From the NCBI GenBank assembly GCA_951406725.2, contig OX597815.1, positions 81,034,001 to 81,098,000 on the forward strand: a stretch of 64,000 nt of DNA, written 5' to 3'. The position numbers and the translations under genes were made by a program. Source of the DNA: Octopus vulgaris (Eukaryota). The notes under the pieces are model-generated. The model was not told the origin of the DNA. It saw only the letters and a program-made list of their open reading frames with translations, and ran no database searches. Shown one piece after another: positions 1 to 14,349 of this stretch; positions within the stretch are counted from its first letter, which is position 1; every line of letters starts with the position of its first letter.

Positions 1-324
1 AACGTCCGCTAAACGAGTAGCCAGAGATGATTTTTTTTTAATGAGAATATCTGGAGTAAACTGGACTGCTGTCACAAACGAGAATACTAAAGATGAACGC
101 GACCACTCTCAGAAATTAAGTAAAGAAAAAAACGAAAAAATAATCCAGAATCCTTGTCTGGTACCGCATTGATCCCAAAATCCAATCAGTTCGTGTTAGT
201 CACGAGGCCAAACATCTCTAGAAGTTTCATCCGAATTCATCTTGCGGTTCTTGAGATATCTTGTCCACGGACAAACAAACACGTCTGAAAACGATACCTC
301 CGCCTTCACTAAGACGGAGGTAAT
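1..324 (+). mobile_element. Helentron-associated (HINE/DINE-1-like) non-autonomous element, 3' part
   Basis: An (ACAA) microsatellite is followed by a terminal stem-loop acctccgcc-ttcactaa-gacggaggt. The first ~50 nt align with a second copy at about 36905-36952. Confidence 0.55.
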
Positions 325-1089
325 AGATAGACACGGGGCATACAAGTCACACTCCAACAATTTTGCCCTATTCAAAGCTAGAAAAAATCGGCCTTCTGCT
401 ACTTACATTGTACTGTATAAATATGAGCCAACGTCGGTGGTTCTAAACTGGTGCTCTATCTGCCAAAAGCATAACCTAAATCTGCCTGGTACTAGAAAAC
501 AGCAATAACTACCTAAACTCTAACTAATGTTCATCCCTTTTCCTCCCTAAACACTCGAAACCAGACAGTTCTTTTATCGAATGTTATACACAAATAGATA
601 CACACATATTCTCAGTAAAACACCACATTGAATAATGCAGTCCTTGATGTACAAAAACACTAGATGGTCATGACTGAAGCGCCTTTGATTAAAAATCTGC
701 TCAGACAAGGCTCAATTGGTGTTAAAAACCCTTCGGTGAAGTCATACCAATGTCATCTCTGTCAATAACAAAAATCCTCTCTTACTGTACATAGGAAAAC
801 ATTATCGTATCTTGTTATTCATTATTTTTTTTTTTTTTTTTTTTTGGAAAGGCAGAGAACCATTTTGCCAGGAATCAGTTCCAATTCCTTCGTTAGTAAA
901 ATAAACTATATGGAGTGGAATGAAAATACATCATATAATCGTTACGTTTATTCACGTATCTCACCAGACCACCTAAAGCATAAATAGCAAGCAATAAGAA
1001 TTCACACGGTTGCGTCAAAGTGTTAAGTCTCACCATCACTGAGAAAGTCTTAGCTGATACATATATTTAGCTTAACAAAGCCTGCAACT

Positions 1090-1144
<55 letters not shown>

Positions 1145-1889
1145 ATCTTCCTGTTGAGATCCAGAAATTATTTCAACCTCCCAACCCAAACTACTAAACC
1201 ATTACAAAACTCAAAGTTAGATCTACTCACCAGTATTACTTTGTGATCTGAGACGGTGCCACTAGTTACTCAGAGACACCTTAAACTGCATCTAAAGGAA
1301 AGCCACTAAGAAACAGTGAAACCTCAGGCCTATGGACGTACTGTCTCCTCTCACTGCCTTTTCTAACAGAACCATATTGGTCTTTGCTCCTGAAAGAGGA
1401 ATAGTCCCGTCCCATTTTCATTCCGTCACTTCGGTTTCGCACCTGATCCCCTCTTCTTGTCACCCGTATTGTGGCCAAACCCTTAAGTCTCCACACCCAC
1501 CACTACATTTATTTATGCCTTCTAAATCGTCAGGCCACAGGAATTCTCTCCACGTAAAATTTGGGTTTTTTTTGTTTTTTTTTTTACATATTTATTTCTA
1601 ATTATTTATTTACCATGACCAATGAGTTACGTGTGAGGCGTGGTTATTTCTAGTTAGAAATTATTTAGTTCTTAACTGCAGGCTTCGACTTGTAGATTAA
1701 CTCTTGAAGAACAAAAGCGTCACCGTTTTAGGAGGGTGCTTAAGGGGCCACGATCACAATATCTCTATATCTTTGCAGACACCGAAAGTAGATGAGGTCT
1801 TAACAACAACAACAACTATCTGACGGTTACGATACAACAGCGGTGACTATTGATAATGATGACAGGTATGATAATGACGATTCTGCCAC

Positions 1890-3113
1890 CGCCGCAGCTT
1901 CCACCACCACCACCATCACCACCGCCGCCGTTGCTGCTGCTCTGCTGCTGCTATTGACTATAATGAGGAGAAGGTGGTGATTATTACAATAGTAACAGTA
2001 ATGATTGTGATGGTGATGATGAGATGATGATGATGATGTTGATGGCGACGATGACCGTTATGATGATACGCTCATGATGATGATCATGACTATAGAGATG
2101 TTAGCGGTGGCGACGGCGCCGGCGGTAGCGTTGATGTTGGAGGTTGTAGTGGTGGTGGTGGTGATGGTGGTGGTGGTGCTGGTGGTGCTGGTGCTGGTGG
2201 TGCTGGTGGTGCTGGTGGTGCTGGTGGTGCTGGTGGTGGCGGTGGTGGTGGTGGTGGTGGTGGTGGTGGTGGTGGTAGCGGCGGCGGCGGTGGTGGTGAC
2301 AGTGGTGGAGGTACTGCTGCTGCTGCTGCTGCTGCTGCGGCGTTGGCGATAGTGGTGGTGGTGGTGGTGGTGGTGGTGGTAGGAGTATTGATGGCAGTGG
2401 TATTGATGAAAACAAACAAACAAAAAAAGGGGGAAAGAAAGAAAGAAAAAGAAGAAAAACAAAAGTAAAGTAAGCAGATAAATTTACTCATCAATTCATT
2501 ATCGAAAAAAATCAATCCATCAGCAACAGTTTTTCGGTGTCTTTGATCTTGTTAAATCATGTGCATGTGTGAATGCATGTGTCTGTGTGTGTATATGTGA
2601 GTGTGGTGCGCGTGTACGTGTACATATGTGCATATGTGTATCTGTGTATATGTGTGTATGTGTGTATGTGTGTATGTGTGTGCATGTGTATCTGTATATA
2701 TGTATGTGTGTATGTGTGTATGTGTGTACATGTATATATGCATGTGTATTGTGTACATGTATATATGCATGTGTATTGTGTATGTGTTTATCTGTATATA
2801 TATATATATATGTATGTGTGTATGTGCATATGTGTGTATGTGTATATGTGTGCATATGTGTATCTGTATATATGTGTGCATGTGTGTATGTGTATATGTG
2901 TGTATGTGTGAATGTGTGTATGTGTATGTGTGTGCATGTGTATCTGTATATATGTATGCGTATATTGTGTATGTGTGTATCTGTATATATGTGTGTGCGT
3001 ATGTGTGTATGTGTATATGTGTGTATGCGTGTATGTGTATGTGTGTTCATATGTGTATCTGTGTGTATGTGTGTATGTGTATATGTGTGCATGTGTATAT
3101 GTGTGCATGTGCA

Positions 3114-3181
<68 letters not shown>

Positions 3182-3432
3182 TATATGTATATGTGTGTGT
3201 GTATGTGTGTACGTGCGTACATGTGTATGTGTGTATGTGTGTATTTCTCATTCCAAGAGTTAGTCTTTTCAGTCCACTGAATTATGATTATTACATCATA
3301 ACCTATTCTACGTCCATTATTTCGGCTCTTTTCATTATTGATGTTGTTGTTGTTGCTATCGCCGTTGCTTGCTTCCATTGTCATTTGTTATTTGAAACCT
3401 GTTGTAATCGCCGTCGCTGTGGTCGGCGTCGT

Positions 3433-3497
<65 letters not shown>

Positions 3498-3607
3498 GCA
3501 TCAGCATCATATTCACCATTATCATCGTTATTAACATCATCATCGTTATCGTAATACTTACTACAATCAAGACGATCAAAGGCACGAAAAAACATCCACA
3601 CCATCAT

Positions 3608-3648
<41 letters not shown>

Positions 3649-4094
3649 ATAGTAGCAGCAGCAGTAGCAGCAGCAGTAGCAGCAGCAGCGTCGTTATTAT
3701 GCTAATCGATGTCCACTATTATGCTAATCGATGTCCACCCCTCCTCTTCCTTCTCATCATCCTCACCATCACGATTACTAACACCATCTCTACCATCATT
3801 GTCATCTGTAATATCATCACCGTCATTATCGTCATCATCAGCATCATCATCACCATCATCGCCGTCGTTATCTTCATCGTCGTCGTCGTCGTCATCGTCG
3901 TCGTTATCATCATCACCATCGTAATCTTCGTCATCGTCTTAATCGTCGTCGTCAACATCATCATCATCATCATCATCATCAACAACACCACCACACCACC
4001 ACCAACACCACCACCATCTTCCTCATCGTCGTCGTCATCATTATCATCAACATCATCATCATCGTCGTCGTCGTTGTCATCATCGTCGTCGTCG

Positions 4095-4130
<36 letters not shown>

Positions 4131-4238
4131 CCATCATCGCCGTCGTTATCATCGTCGTCGTCGTCGTCATCGTCGTCGTTATCATCATCACCATCATAAT
4201 CTTCGTCATCGTCTTAATCACCGTCGTCAACATCATCA
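1890..4238. repeat. Compound microsatellite and low-complexity block: (GGT)n, (GCT)n, (GTAT/GT)n, (AT)n, (CAT)n, (CAG)n, (CGT)n
   Basis: Directly visible. It generates all the poly-P/H/I/S/V and CVY-type ORFs in the track. Confidence 0.95.
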
Positions 4239-4338
4239 NNNNNNNNNNNNNNNNNNNNNNNNNNNNNNNNNNNNNNNNNNNNNNNNNNNNNNNNNNNNNN
4301 NNNNNNNNNNNNNNNNNNNNNNNNNNNNNNNNNNNNNN
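4239..4338. other. Assembly gap (100 N)
   Basis: Run of exactly 100 N, a typical placeholder for a gap of unknown size. Confidence 0.99.
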
Positions 4339-5384
4339 TTAGTTAATTAAAGCTTGGCAGGAAGGATCAGCGTAACAGTGTACCACAAGGATGAATTTTT
4401 AAATTACAAAAACAAGCCATCCGTCCACGCAATTTTCATTTTGATAAACATTTGCTCAAGACGCCACGCAGTGAGATTGAACCAAGAACTTCGTGATTGC
4501 GAAGCGAACTTAACCGTTATGCCACACTGTCTTACATCACCGTCAATGGCCTTTTTTTTTTTTTTTTACATGAATTCGTTTTATTTTTCAGTCACTTCAG
4601 CCATTAAAACTCAAGGGAAATAAAACAAAGATGCTGTGTCATTCATACGTTTCTGTAGAGACACAATTTAAATCAAAAGCGGCCAGCCTCGAATAACATA
4701 CAATAGACAGCCAACAGCAAAAAAAGTCCTATATATATCATTAAAAGGGAAAGATTTAGTAGTGATGTTCATGCTCTTCTCATTAAAAATAGTATAAATT
4801 TTAGACCGCTCATGAAACAGGGAAGTTGAGGAGAAAACACTAGGTTTATGCACTCTATATAACCATCACAGTTATTGAATACCCTAGGTGGTACTAATTT
4901 TACCAATTCGGAACAAGATGACAATTCGTCATAAACTGCCCTCCCCTGCCTCTTAATCATCAATGCTCTTAGTTATATTATTTCTGTTCATTACATTTGG
5001 CTTTGTGTTGATATGAGAAAACAGTTACTGAGGTATGAGGCGTTAAATTATCTCTGGGTGACCCTACCGCGATGCAGTTTCAATCTCAAATTAGAGTTCA
5101 CTACACATCTCAAATACTCCATGTGATTGATTCATCGATATTTACCATACGTCAACATTTCCGTGGATGATGTTCATGCACCCATCCTTCAATCACTTGT
5201 TTCTCTGACACTAAAGGTTTAAGTAGTGCCTTTGTAAAATGTATTGTGAAAAGCAATCGAAATGGTGTAGCCATACTCTGCCAGGAGTTCGTAAATTGAA
5301 TCCCTACAAATACAGTGTTCAACATAGTTACTTGTATTATTATTATTATTACTCACCTAAATACCAGAGGCTTCGGACTAATAT

Positions 5385-5762
5385 TGGTTTCAAATTTTGG
5401 CACGTGGCCGCTAATTTCAGGGAAGGAATAAGTCGATTAAATCGACCCACGTACCTATTTTATCGACCCCAAAAGGACGAAAGACAAAGTCGACCTCGGC
5501 AGAATTTGAACTCAGAACGTAAAGACAAACGAAATACCTATTTCTTTACTACCCACAAGGGGTTAAACACAGAGAGGACAAACAAGGACAGACAAACGGA
5601 TTAAGTCGATTACAGCGACCCCAGTGCGTAACTGGTACTTAATTTATCGACCCCGAAAGGATGAAAGGCAAAGTCGACCTTGGCGGAATTTGAACTCAGA
5701 ACGTAACGGCAGACGAAATACCGCTAAGCATTTTGCCCGGCGTCCTGCCAACTCGCCACCTT
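5385..5762 (-). mobile_element. tRNA-derived SINE family A, dimeric copy
   Basis: On the minus strand: head ggtggcgagttggcagga, B-box-like gagttcaaattcc, core gactttgcctttcatcctttcggggtcgataaattaagtaccag. A second headless unit follows directly. Confidence 0.85.
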
Positions 5763-6151
5763 CCCTCAGATTAATATTGAAAAAAAAAAAAAAAAAAAAA
5801 AAAGCCAACGTCAATATCATAACTACTAAGGGACAACGTGTACTACCACAAGTTTCCAACTGCGGATGACGACATTGATGCATTCTTCTGAAGGTACATA
5901 ATGGACCCAACGAAGTGAATAAAAATGACGTACATTCAGTCCAAACAGGAATTTACTTCCTATGCTACTGATTTCCTACATACCTATTTTACAACTTAAA
6001 TCTAGTATTGGCCTGCCTTTTCTAATTTTAAAGTCATTAACAACCGAAGTGGGGTTGATGAAACTGGATTGGCAATATCGATTTTCCACAAGTTTACAAA
6101 AAGACACACTATGCCGCCCCAATATTAAAAAAAAAGTGAAAACTTTTATAC

Positions 6152-6187
<36 letters not shown>

Positions 6188-6900
6188 GTAACTAAATATC
6201 TATGGAGCATTGTAATATTATGGAAGACTGGGATTTTGATATCGTGTGTTATTTATCAAAGACATGAGAAATATTGCAAGTAAGAGGTTTCAACCGTCTC
6301 AATCGCAGAGGCAGCAGCGGTACGAACAGCAAATAAAATGGCTCGATCAGCAATCGAAACCGCAAAAGAGACAGAACTTTGCGACGTGGAGAGAGAGAGA
6401 GAGAGAGAGAAGCTTAATGTCCCCACCATACTTGTATATTACATTAGTTATTTGTTTTAATCGGCGCCACCAACTGAAATACTGTAAAACATTTCCTACG
6501 GCACACCACTGTTGTTGCCAAGTCACCGCCTGTATTGCTTACGTTTATAGAGGAGAGGATGTTTGTTACTCTATGCTAAATAGAATCGACCCGAACTGAA
6601 TGATAGAATTTTTCTTTTTTTTTTATTATCGACCCTGGAATCGATAACGGCGAGACAATAGATACCGTAAAGCTTTTAGTGAAGATTATTAATTTCTTAC
6701 AGTGACTCGAGGACATAAATTTATAGGGCGGGAGAAGTGGAGAGACAAAGAATATAAATCAATGCACACAAAAAAAAAAAAAAAAAACCCTCAGTGTTTA
6801 TTAATGGTACTTATTTCAACGATCACCGAAGTTATATTGAGGTAAAGAAATGTGGAGGAAAATAACATGAAACATTTAGTGTAGTGTTGTACCAATTCTT

Positions 6901-6947
<47 letters not shown>

Positions 6948-8240
6948 GGTTTATATGATTTGGTCATAAGGGCTACAAATTAGAGGGTAGGGCACAACAC
7001 ATGACTAATATTTATTTTGTTAGAAACTTGTTCCACTTAGTGGACTTTATTATGATAATTCATTTTAACGATTTTGAAAAGAATGAAATACAAGCTAACC
7101 GAAAACAGGATTTGAACGTACAAAAGAGACGTACATTTGGTCTGGCACTCTGTTCATTTTTCTATCTACCTTGATCAAGATTAACATTTGTTTATTTTTT
7201 TAAAAAATCATTTAAAAACGAACAAAAAAAAAAATTCCACAATAATAAAACATTATGCAAATCCTCTTTTCGGGTTCGTCTCCTGTCAATGGCACTGTGT
7301 TTTGATGGTGGCCATCCTACCTAGCTGTCAATAGGAACGTCGGGGGAAGATAGGACAGAAACGAACTCTGCTGCTGTAAGCAATAGTGTAATATTGACAA
7401 CTGGTTTGTTCGCTTGTAGTGCAGAATTCAACCCTTCTTGTGGGTAACTAATAGCTTGGGACGGCATGAATTTCACCAGGCTTGGGTTTTCTTTTAGATA
7501 CACAATACAAAGACGACACCGAAGTTTTATATACAGTGATACACTAATGAGTCAAATGAGTTCACCAAAGTCACAACACACACACCACATTTCCTTTGTT
7601 TCACTCCTCCAATTCCACGGAGAGATGTTTAGCTTTCTTATGCTTAACAGAACAAATGGAATTACGCATCGATGGATTCACGTGGATCTGTGAAAGAATT
7701 ATCTTGAGATTTTAAATTGAGGAATGGAGGAGCATTATTCGCTTTCATTTGAATTAGCTTATGTTTGTGTAGGAAGTCACTTGGGTATTACTGAGCGAGG
7801 CTGGAGCTGTCAATAATTGGTTTGAAAATTGAGTAGATTCTAATAAGTCCTAGCAAGATTCAATTCTGGGAGAAATGAACTGGCTTAAGTGGTGAGCATG
7901 AGGCTCACACGTACACTTATTATTATCATCATAAAATTTATAACGGATATCAATCTTATGCAGCGTGTTGCATTCACTAGGAATAGGCCACTAATACGCA
8001 GTACTCACACATTTTATTTGTCAACAGGCTAGTAGAAAGACATAAAAATTACTCAAATACACATACAACGAAGACCAGACGTGTGTATTTTTGTCGTCTC
8101 ACGATCATCTACAGATACAACTATTTGGTGAAACTCCGAGTAATAATATTACCACTTCTAGACATATAAATCATATTTCACTCTACACTGTAGTGACTTC
8201 TCGCTTCCTGTCTCTGGTAATTCAGATATTACACAGTGTA

Positions 8241-8456
8241 TATTTCTTTACTACCCACAAGGGGCTAAACACAGAGGGGACAAACGGATTAAGTCGATTA
8301 CATCGACCCCAGAGCATAACTGGTACTTAATTTATCGACCCCGAAAGGATGAACGGCAAAGTCGACCTCGGCGGAATTTGAACCCAGAACGTAACGACAG
8401 ACGAAATACGGCTACGCATTTTGCCCGGCGTGCTAACGTTTCTGCCAGCTCGCCGC
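8241..8456 (-). mobile_element. SINE family A, CpG-rich young-looking copy
   Basis: Near-identical to the first unit at 5540-5762. Confidence 0.85.
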
Positions 8457-11400
8457 ATCCAGCCTCAATTGCTTCATTCAAATTCTTATAACAGTTTAAT
8501 TTGTGCCAATTTATATACTACCCGCCAATGGCTGGCAGGCAAACACAGGGAGACAAGACATTTTTTTTTTCTGTTTGCCTCAATCCACGAGTTCAAGACA
8601 TTAGTTAAAAGTCAGGAAGATAACCTTTCTGAAAAAGCAACTACTCTCATAACTATGACAACTTCGCGAAAACCAATGCATCCAGCCATACTGGTATGGA
8701 ACTCGAGTGTGAAACCTCTGTGTGTATGTGTGTGTGTGTGTGCGATCGTTGTGAAATCACCTGGTGATGGATGGCTGAATCTGATGAATTCAACAGGAGA
8801 GAGTCTGTTACACACCCAAACTTCAAACGAAGTCCATAGTTAGAACCAGATCAAGATCTAGCTTCGTTTGACAAGGCTGACAACGAAAGGTGACGAAGAG
8901 AGGACTTTCGTCTAAGATGGATGAGTACTTTTCATTTCATCAGGCCCCACCAGGAAGATTTGAATTCTCAGCACTGCAAGTTATTGTAATACTTTATTGT
9001 TTACATATTTAAAAAACAACAACCCCTTTTTAATTAATAGCAGAGAGCAGTACCTACCATTTGGTTCGTATTTACAGCAAGGTGTAATTGAGTCATGTGA
9101 AAGTTAAGCGACTTTGTAATGGGCATAACATCGTAATGCTACTAACAAGATGCAATCTGGCATGTTATCTGTCTCGCTAATTATGGCTTCTGTTTTAAGT
9201 ACAAATCCAGTACATTATTTACATTTGACGGATATTTGTGCTCATCTTGTTTGTTGCTGTTGAGGACAAATATCCGTCAAATGTAAATAATGTACATAAT
9301 TCCTCATCTCTTAAATATAGAACTGTACAAAGCCAGTAATTTTGAATCGGTACTTCATCAACCCTGAACGGATGAAAAGCAAAGCTGACCATAGCTGGAC
9401 TGCCACGACTGAATACCACGAGGCATTTTGTCTGACGATCTAACGCTTATGCCAGCACACCGCTTTTGGAATAAAAATAATATTCTTTTTTATTACATTG
9501 ACACCACAATTTTAGCGAAGAGAAGTTATAGTCGATTCAATCAGTCCACAGATTTTAACTTTTATGTCAATTTAATGAAAGGAAAAGTTGAAACCTGCAA
9601 AAATACAAACTAATGTAACTAAGGCATTTAACAAGACGATATAGCAAATGGGAGAAGTTGTGAAGTATATGACTTTCCATAATGTTAAATGTCGAAAATG
9701 AAATGGATTTCCTTCAGAAAGAATGTCAAAACTGAACTTGAAGACAGGAGCTGAAACAATGTTTAGCTCTGAGGTTAAGCAACGTTTGGCCTATATTTAT
9801 CAGCTAAAACGAGAAGTAATGGAGGGAATGCAAGAATATGTGAATCGTAGAGGTAACGTGGCTAGAGAAAATCGTCACTAGTTAAGGAGACAAAACAATA
9901 AATTTATGAATTTCCTGTTCAGATGAATGATTTTCAGTAAAATACCCCATTGGTCCAGTTCGCCTCAGAAGATAATTACTAGAAAGTGACTGACTGATAA
10001 TCTAACCCCCCCCCCCCCCCGCATAATTATCTGTATGTGCAAGTGTGAGTGGTTTGCAGGTGGGTGGAGTTAAAGATCTTGCTCCTTAATAGATGCAAAG
10101 ATTCTGCAACTCTGAAATATTGTCAAAGACTCTTGTTTTTTTCATGCATGATGACTATTCCTTAAAAATGATTCGAAACTGTCAATGTTTGGTCAAGGTG
10201 ACATTCAGATCAACTTCTTGCTTTCCAGCACATGATCGTGACAGATTTTTATTGACCCTGGATGGATACATATGTTGGAGGGAGATGTGTGGGTGGGTGG
10301 GTGTGAAGTATTTGCTCTCAGAATGCAGAGAGAGATTAAACTTAATATGTTGTATTAGAAGTTTTTGTTGTTTGTTTAGCCCTACTGTTTGATACATCTG
10401 CCAATGTAATTTGATAAGAAATATAGCTCAATATACACTTGTATTGAAAAGTGTATATTGCACACACGTGTGAGAATGTGTGTTTGTTTACATTTGTTTT
10501 TAAAACAGGGTTTGTACAGATATAGAAAGTAAAAATTGCAGAGCCCTTTATTAAATTCTGGCAGTTTATTTTATATATCTGCACAAAATGAAGTCCTAAA
10601 AACAAATGCAAACATATTCACTATCCACATTACAAGTCTGTTTCTCTTTCATTGAAACGAAATACAATTTAAGTTCATCAAACACACATAGATAGATACC
10701 AACTCTCACCACCAGCGCATCACAGTTGTTTGGTAGAGAGGTTGAAAGAGCAATAATTAGAAGAAAATGAAGGTTGTGTCTGTTTACCTGGTAGATTAAT
10801 TAATTACATAATAATCATGATTTTTAAGAAGCCTTTTTCTTTAAGCTAATTTCAAACACCAGCAGGGTCTTCTTCTTTGCCTTTCACTCAATTCAGGATA
10901 GACAAAATAAATATTGAGGTACTGATAAACTCAACTAGCCCCTTCTCTCAAACTTCTGGCCTTGAAGTAAGAAATCAACATCATCAATATTCAAAATAGT
11001 ACCTTTTTCTTTGTATACCTGTTTTTCTATTTTTAAAGCTCTATTACCTTAAGCAGGTATTTTGTCATTTGGTTATTTTCCCTACCTTTTCAGGATTTGT
11101 GGCAAAATTAGTTCAAAAGTAGCAGACAAAAAAATGATAATGGTAATGATAATAATAATAATAACAATAAAACAAAACAAAGAAAGCATGTAAAAGTCAC
11201 TTGGAACCTCTTTCTTTTCTTCTTTTCATTTTGTTTTTGCTCAACCTTCTTGAGAGAAAATGGAGATGACTTAGGCACCACCAAATGTATAATGATGATG
11301 TGGAAGAGGAGGAAGAAAAAGAAAACTGCTATAAAAAGAAATAAATAAACCTGCTGCATGAACCACAACAATAACAACATTTCATCCCTTATCTTCCTTC

Positions 11401-13180
11401 ATTTCTATACAAAAGTAATAGTGATAATGTTGATGATAAAGGTGTGGTAATGGTTGTGGCGGTGAATATTATTTATAGAGCCTCCTGATCAAAGACATTC
11501 CAAATATGATCAAGCTGTGTTTGTTCAGGCAGAGAAACGATTTGGGGTTAGACAATATCTTGTTGTTGTTTACTTAGCACATAAGCCTTGATCTGGTGGA
11601 CTTTGGATCAGTTGAACTAGTAGACCTTGGATCAGTTGATCCAGCCGTAGTCATCCTGTCTTTTATGCCAAACAGTATATCTAGAATAACATTACACAAT
11701 TTGTTTTCCTCCTGTTTGTGTTTTTTTCCTTTCTTACTTCTTCCTTTAAAAAAAGGTAGGATGTGATTTGAATGAGATTTCGCTACTTTTACAACAAACG
11801 TATCGATTGACTGTACTGAGGCTCTTTCATTGGGTTGTTAATGTTGATGATGATGCTGGTGTAGAAATACTAAGTCAGTATAAGGTAGGAATACCAGGGC
11901 AGAAAAATAAAAGAGTGATAGAGAGAGAGAGAGAGAGAAAGAAGGACAGAGATTTCTAGAGACATTCTGAGACCAGTTGAAATTAAAAAAAAAAAAATAA
12001 ATAAAATAAAATAAATCAAACATACAAGAAAGCATATTTTTTTTTCTTTGTTCAAAATAAGAATTAAAACAGAAACAAAACAGAAATTGTTTGGTGGACA
12101 GATAAATGGGGGGGGGGGGGGGAGCAAGAGTGTGAGTAGAGTTAGTAGTTGACCAATCATTTATTTTAGCTTTTAGGTATCAGAGAAAGGATGGTTGTTA
12201 AGGATAAGAAAGAGAGGGAGGGACGAGTGAGATAGAGAATGATAGGAGGACACAGAAACTGAAAGAGACCTGTTGATATTTTCTTATATATTTATTATTT
12301 GTTTTATGTGAAGAAATTATAATTAAGTTCATTTCAGAATTGTATTTGTTTATTTGTAATTTTTTTTTTATATCCATCACTTGTTGTTGTTGTTGCTGTT
12401 GTTTTTTTTTTAAAAATCTTTTATTGGGTAAAACCCAAATATTATAATAAAAAGTTTCATTCAAGTTATGTATATCATTTTTCTTTTTTTGCCGTTTATT
12501 ACTACATTGCCCCCTCCCCCCCCGTACTTCCTTCCCCCTCATACGCACATACATTCACACACACACACACACACGCTCAACGTTGCATACATGCATACCT
12601 GCAAACACATTACAAACGCGCACTGATGATGCATATGGGGTGTGGTGGTGGTGGTGGATGGCGATGTTTTGGAGTGGGTTGGTGGGTGGGTACAAATCTG
12701 CCTCCTTTTGCATCCTTTGGGAAAGAAACAAAAAGTGCTCTTCTCCCCCCCTGAGAACAAAATTTTAAAGTAAAAATAAAAAAAAAAAAAAAAATAAAGT
12801 TTCAAGAATTGATTGAGACTTTCCACTGTTCCAAAGAAGTGGTTTTATATGTTTGCTGCCATACATAAAAAAAAAAAGAATTACACACATGCATCTGCGC
12901 ACACACACACACACACGCAAACATATATATATATATATATACATACACATACATAATAAAAACATAATATTAATAATGATATAAAATAATAATAAAAATA
13001 ATAATAAAATAATTAGTAGGGCTGAAAATAGAACAGAGAAAAGAGAGCAAAGAAAGATAGGGGAAAAAATATGGCAGGGGGAGAGAGAGTAAAGAAAAAA
13101 AAAGATAAGAAACTGGACAAGGGGGGGAGTGAGTGAGTGTGAAAGAGATTTAAAAAAAAAAAAAAAGAAGCCAAAATATA

Positions 13181-13964
13181 CTATTTATTGTTTGTCTTGG
13201 GCAAATTCAGGTCCAGTACTTCCTTCATAAGAGGTTGTATACCTTCAGGGTTAACCTTCAGTAGAACTTGTGAATGTTCCTCATTCAGATTCCGGATTTC
13301 CACAAGTTTCATGAGCAGTTTAGGATACATAACGTGAGCTAAATGATAAGGGAATTTAGACTCCAGATAATGTTGCAAAAGTAGCGCGTATTTGTCCTGT
13401 TCTCGCCAAACATAACTCTTGTCTATGACATTTGGCCGATCTGGAGAGAACAAAGAAATTACAAGCAAAATAATCAAAACTGTCTCGTCAGCTCTTAAAT
13501 CAACAGCTAAAGACTTCACAAATTTCATATGATCATCAAAAAGCGTTCCTTCCCCGAGTTTCAGTTGTTCTGTTGTCATGGCATTTGAATCCTTGTCATA
13601 CGGATCCAAAAACTGCTGTTTGTCCCTGTCAAAGTTAATCACTGATCGTATTATAAGCAGTTCAATGCTGCCACCTTTGAGAAGACTAATTTGGTCGCTC
13701 TGTGAGAGGGCTTTGAAAGATTTTATTTTCTTCGCCATATCGATCACTCGCCTCACACTGAGCTCAGCAATGTTGACCAAGTCGATTACTGACGGGTTGT
13801 TCCGAGAATAGGACGATTCCACAGATATTTCTAAAGACTGTCGATAAGCTCCAATCACTTCGCTGATCATAGAATGTTCGTCTGATTCTAACATTCGAAG
13901 GCGGTTTTGCGTCGTGCTCACATCTCCAGACTGCATTTTCTGTTTTTCAATTTCACGTATTTTT
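13181..13964 (-). CDS. HR96: NR1J/HR96-like nuclear receptor, terminal coding exon (hinge plus whole ligand-binding domain)
   Basis: The acceptor ctctttcag|A completes codon AGA (phase 2 match), then KIREIEKQK joins ORF 13181..13936. The exon carries the LBD signature MAKKIKSFKALSQSDQISLLKGGSIELLIIRS, then LFSPDRP, and AF-2 PLMKEVLDL. Stop TAG is at 13183-13181. Confidence 0.95.
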
Positions 13965-14349
13965 CTGAAAGAGCCACAAGAGAAAAAAAATGGAAGAAAA
14001 CTTTAGAAAAAGGTATGGCATGTGTTGAATGGAAACCATTTTAAAGAAATACAATGTTAAATAAAAAAAAAAAAAATTCATTAATGACAATTCTGGGGTA
14101 GTTTCAATTTTCTGTCCAATAGAATTAATCTACAAGTCAATTTCCAACACTCTATTTCAAATATTCTATTACAAATGAGGATCAAGAAATATAACACCCT
14201 ATACTGACTTGGACTAAATGCTTCTGCAATATGGTGGATCATAATTCTTCATGTCCCTGCATTAACTCATTTATGATACCCAGTTTCCTTTAAAAATTTA
14301 TTTCATCATAACCATCATCATACACCAGATTTCTCTTGGTCTTCTCTTG

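Noticed and set aside
2058-2515. Poly-Pro (formin/extensin-like), poly-His and poly-Thr ORFs
   Set aside because: Open in many frames because of (GGT)n/(GCT)n repeats, with no unique domain and no splice support.
2520-4236. Long CVY/HTY-rich and poly-I/S/M ORFs (up to 321 aa)
   Set aside because: Translations of stop-poor di- and trinucleotide repeats.
5239-5910. Recurring peptides such as YRPRKDERQSRPRRNLNSER and LRSEFKFRRGRLCLSSFRGR
   Set aside because: Translations of SINE family A. Likewise LQLDALPNANHSE is family C and MPKVP...EPRTMWLGSKL is family B.
10240-12500. Several minus-strand AATAAA candidates for the receptor's poly(A) site
   Set aside because: Too frequent in AT-rich DNA to choose one without 3'-end data.
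13578-13811. Plus-strand ORF antisense to the LBD exon (also 20240..20440)
   Set aside because: Antisense shadow of the coding sequence.
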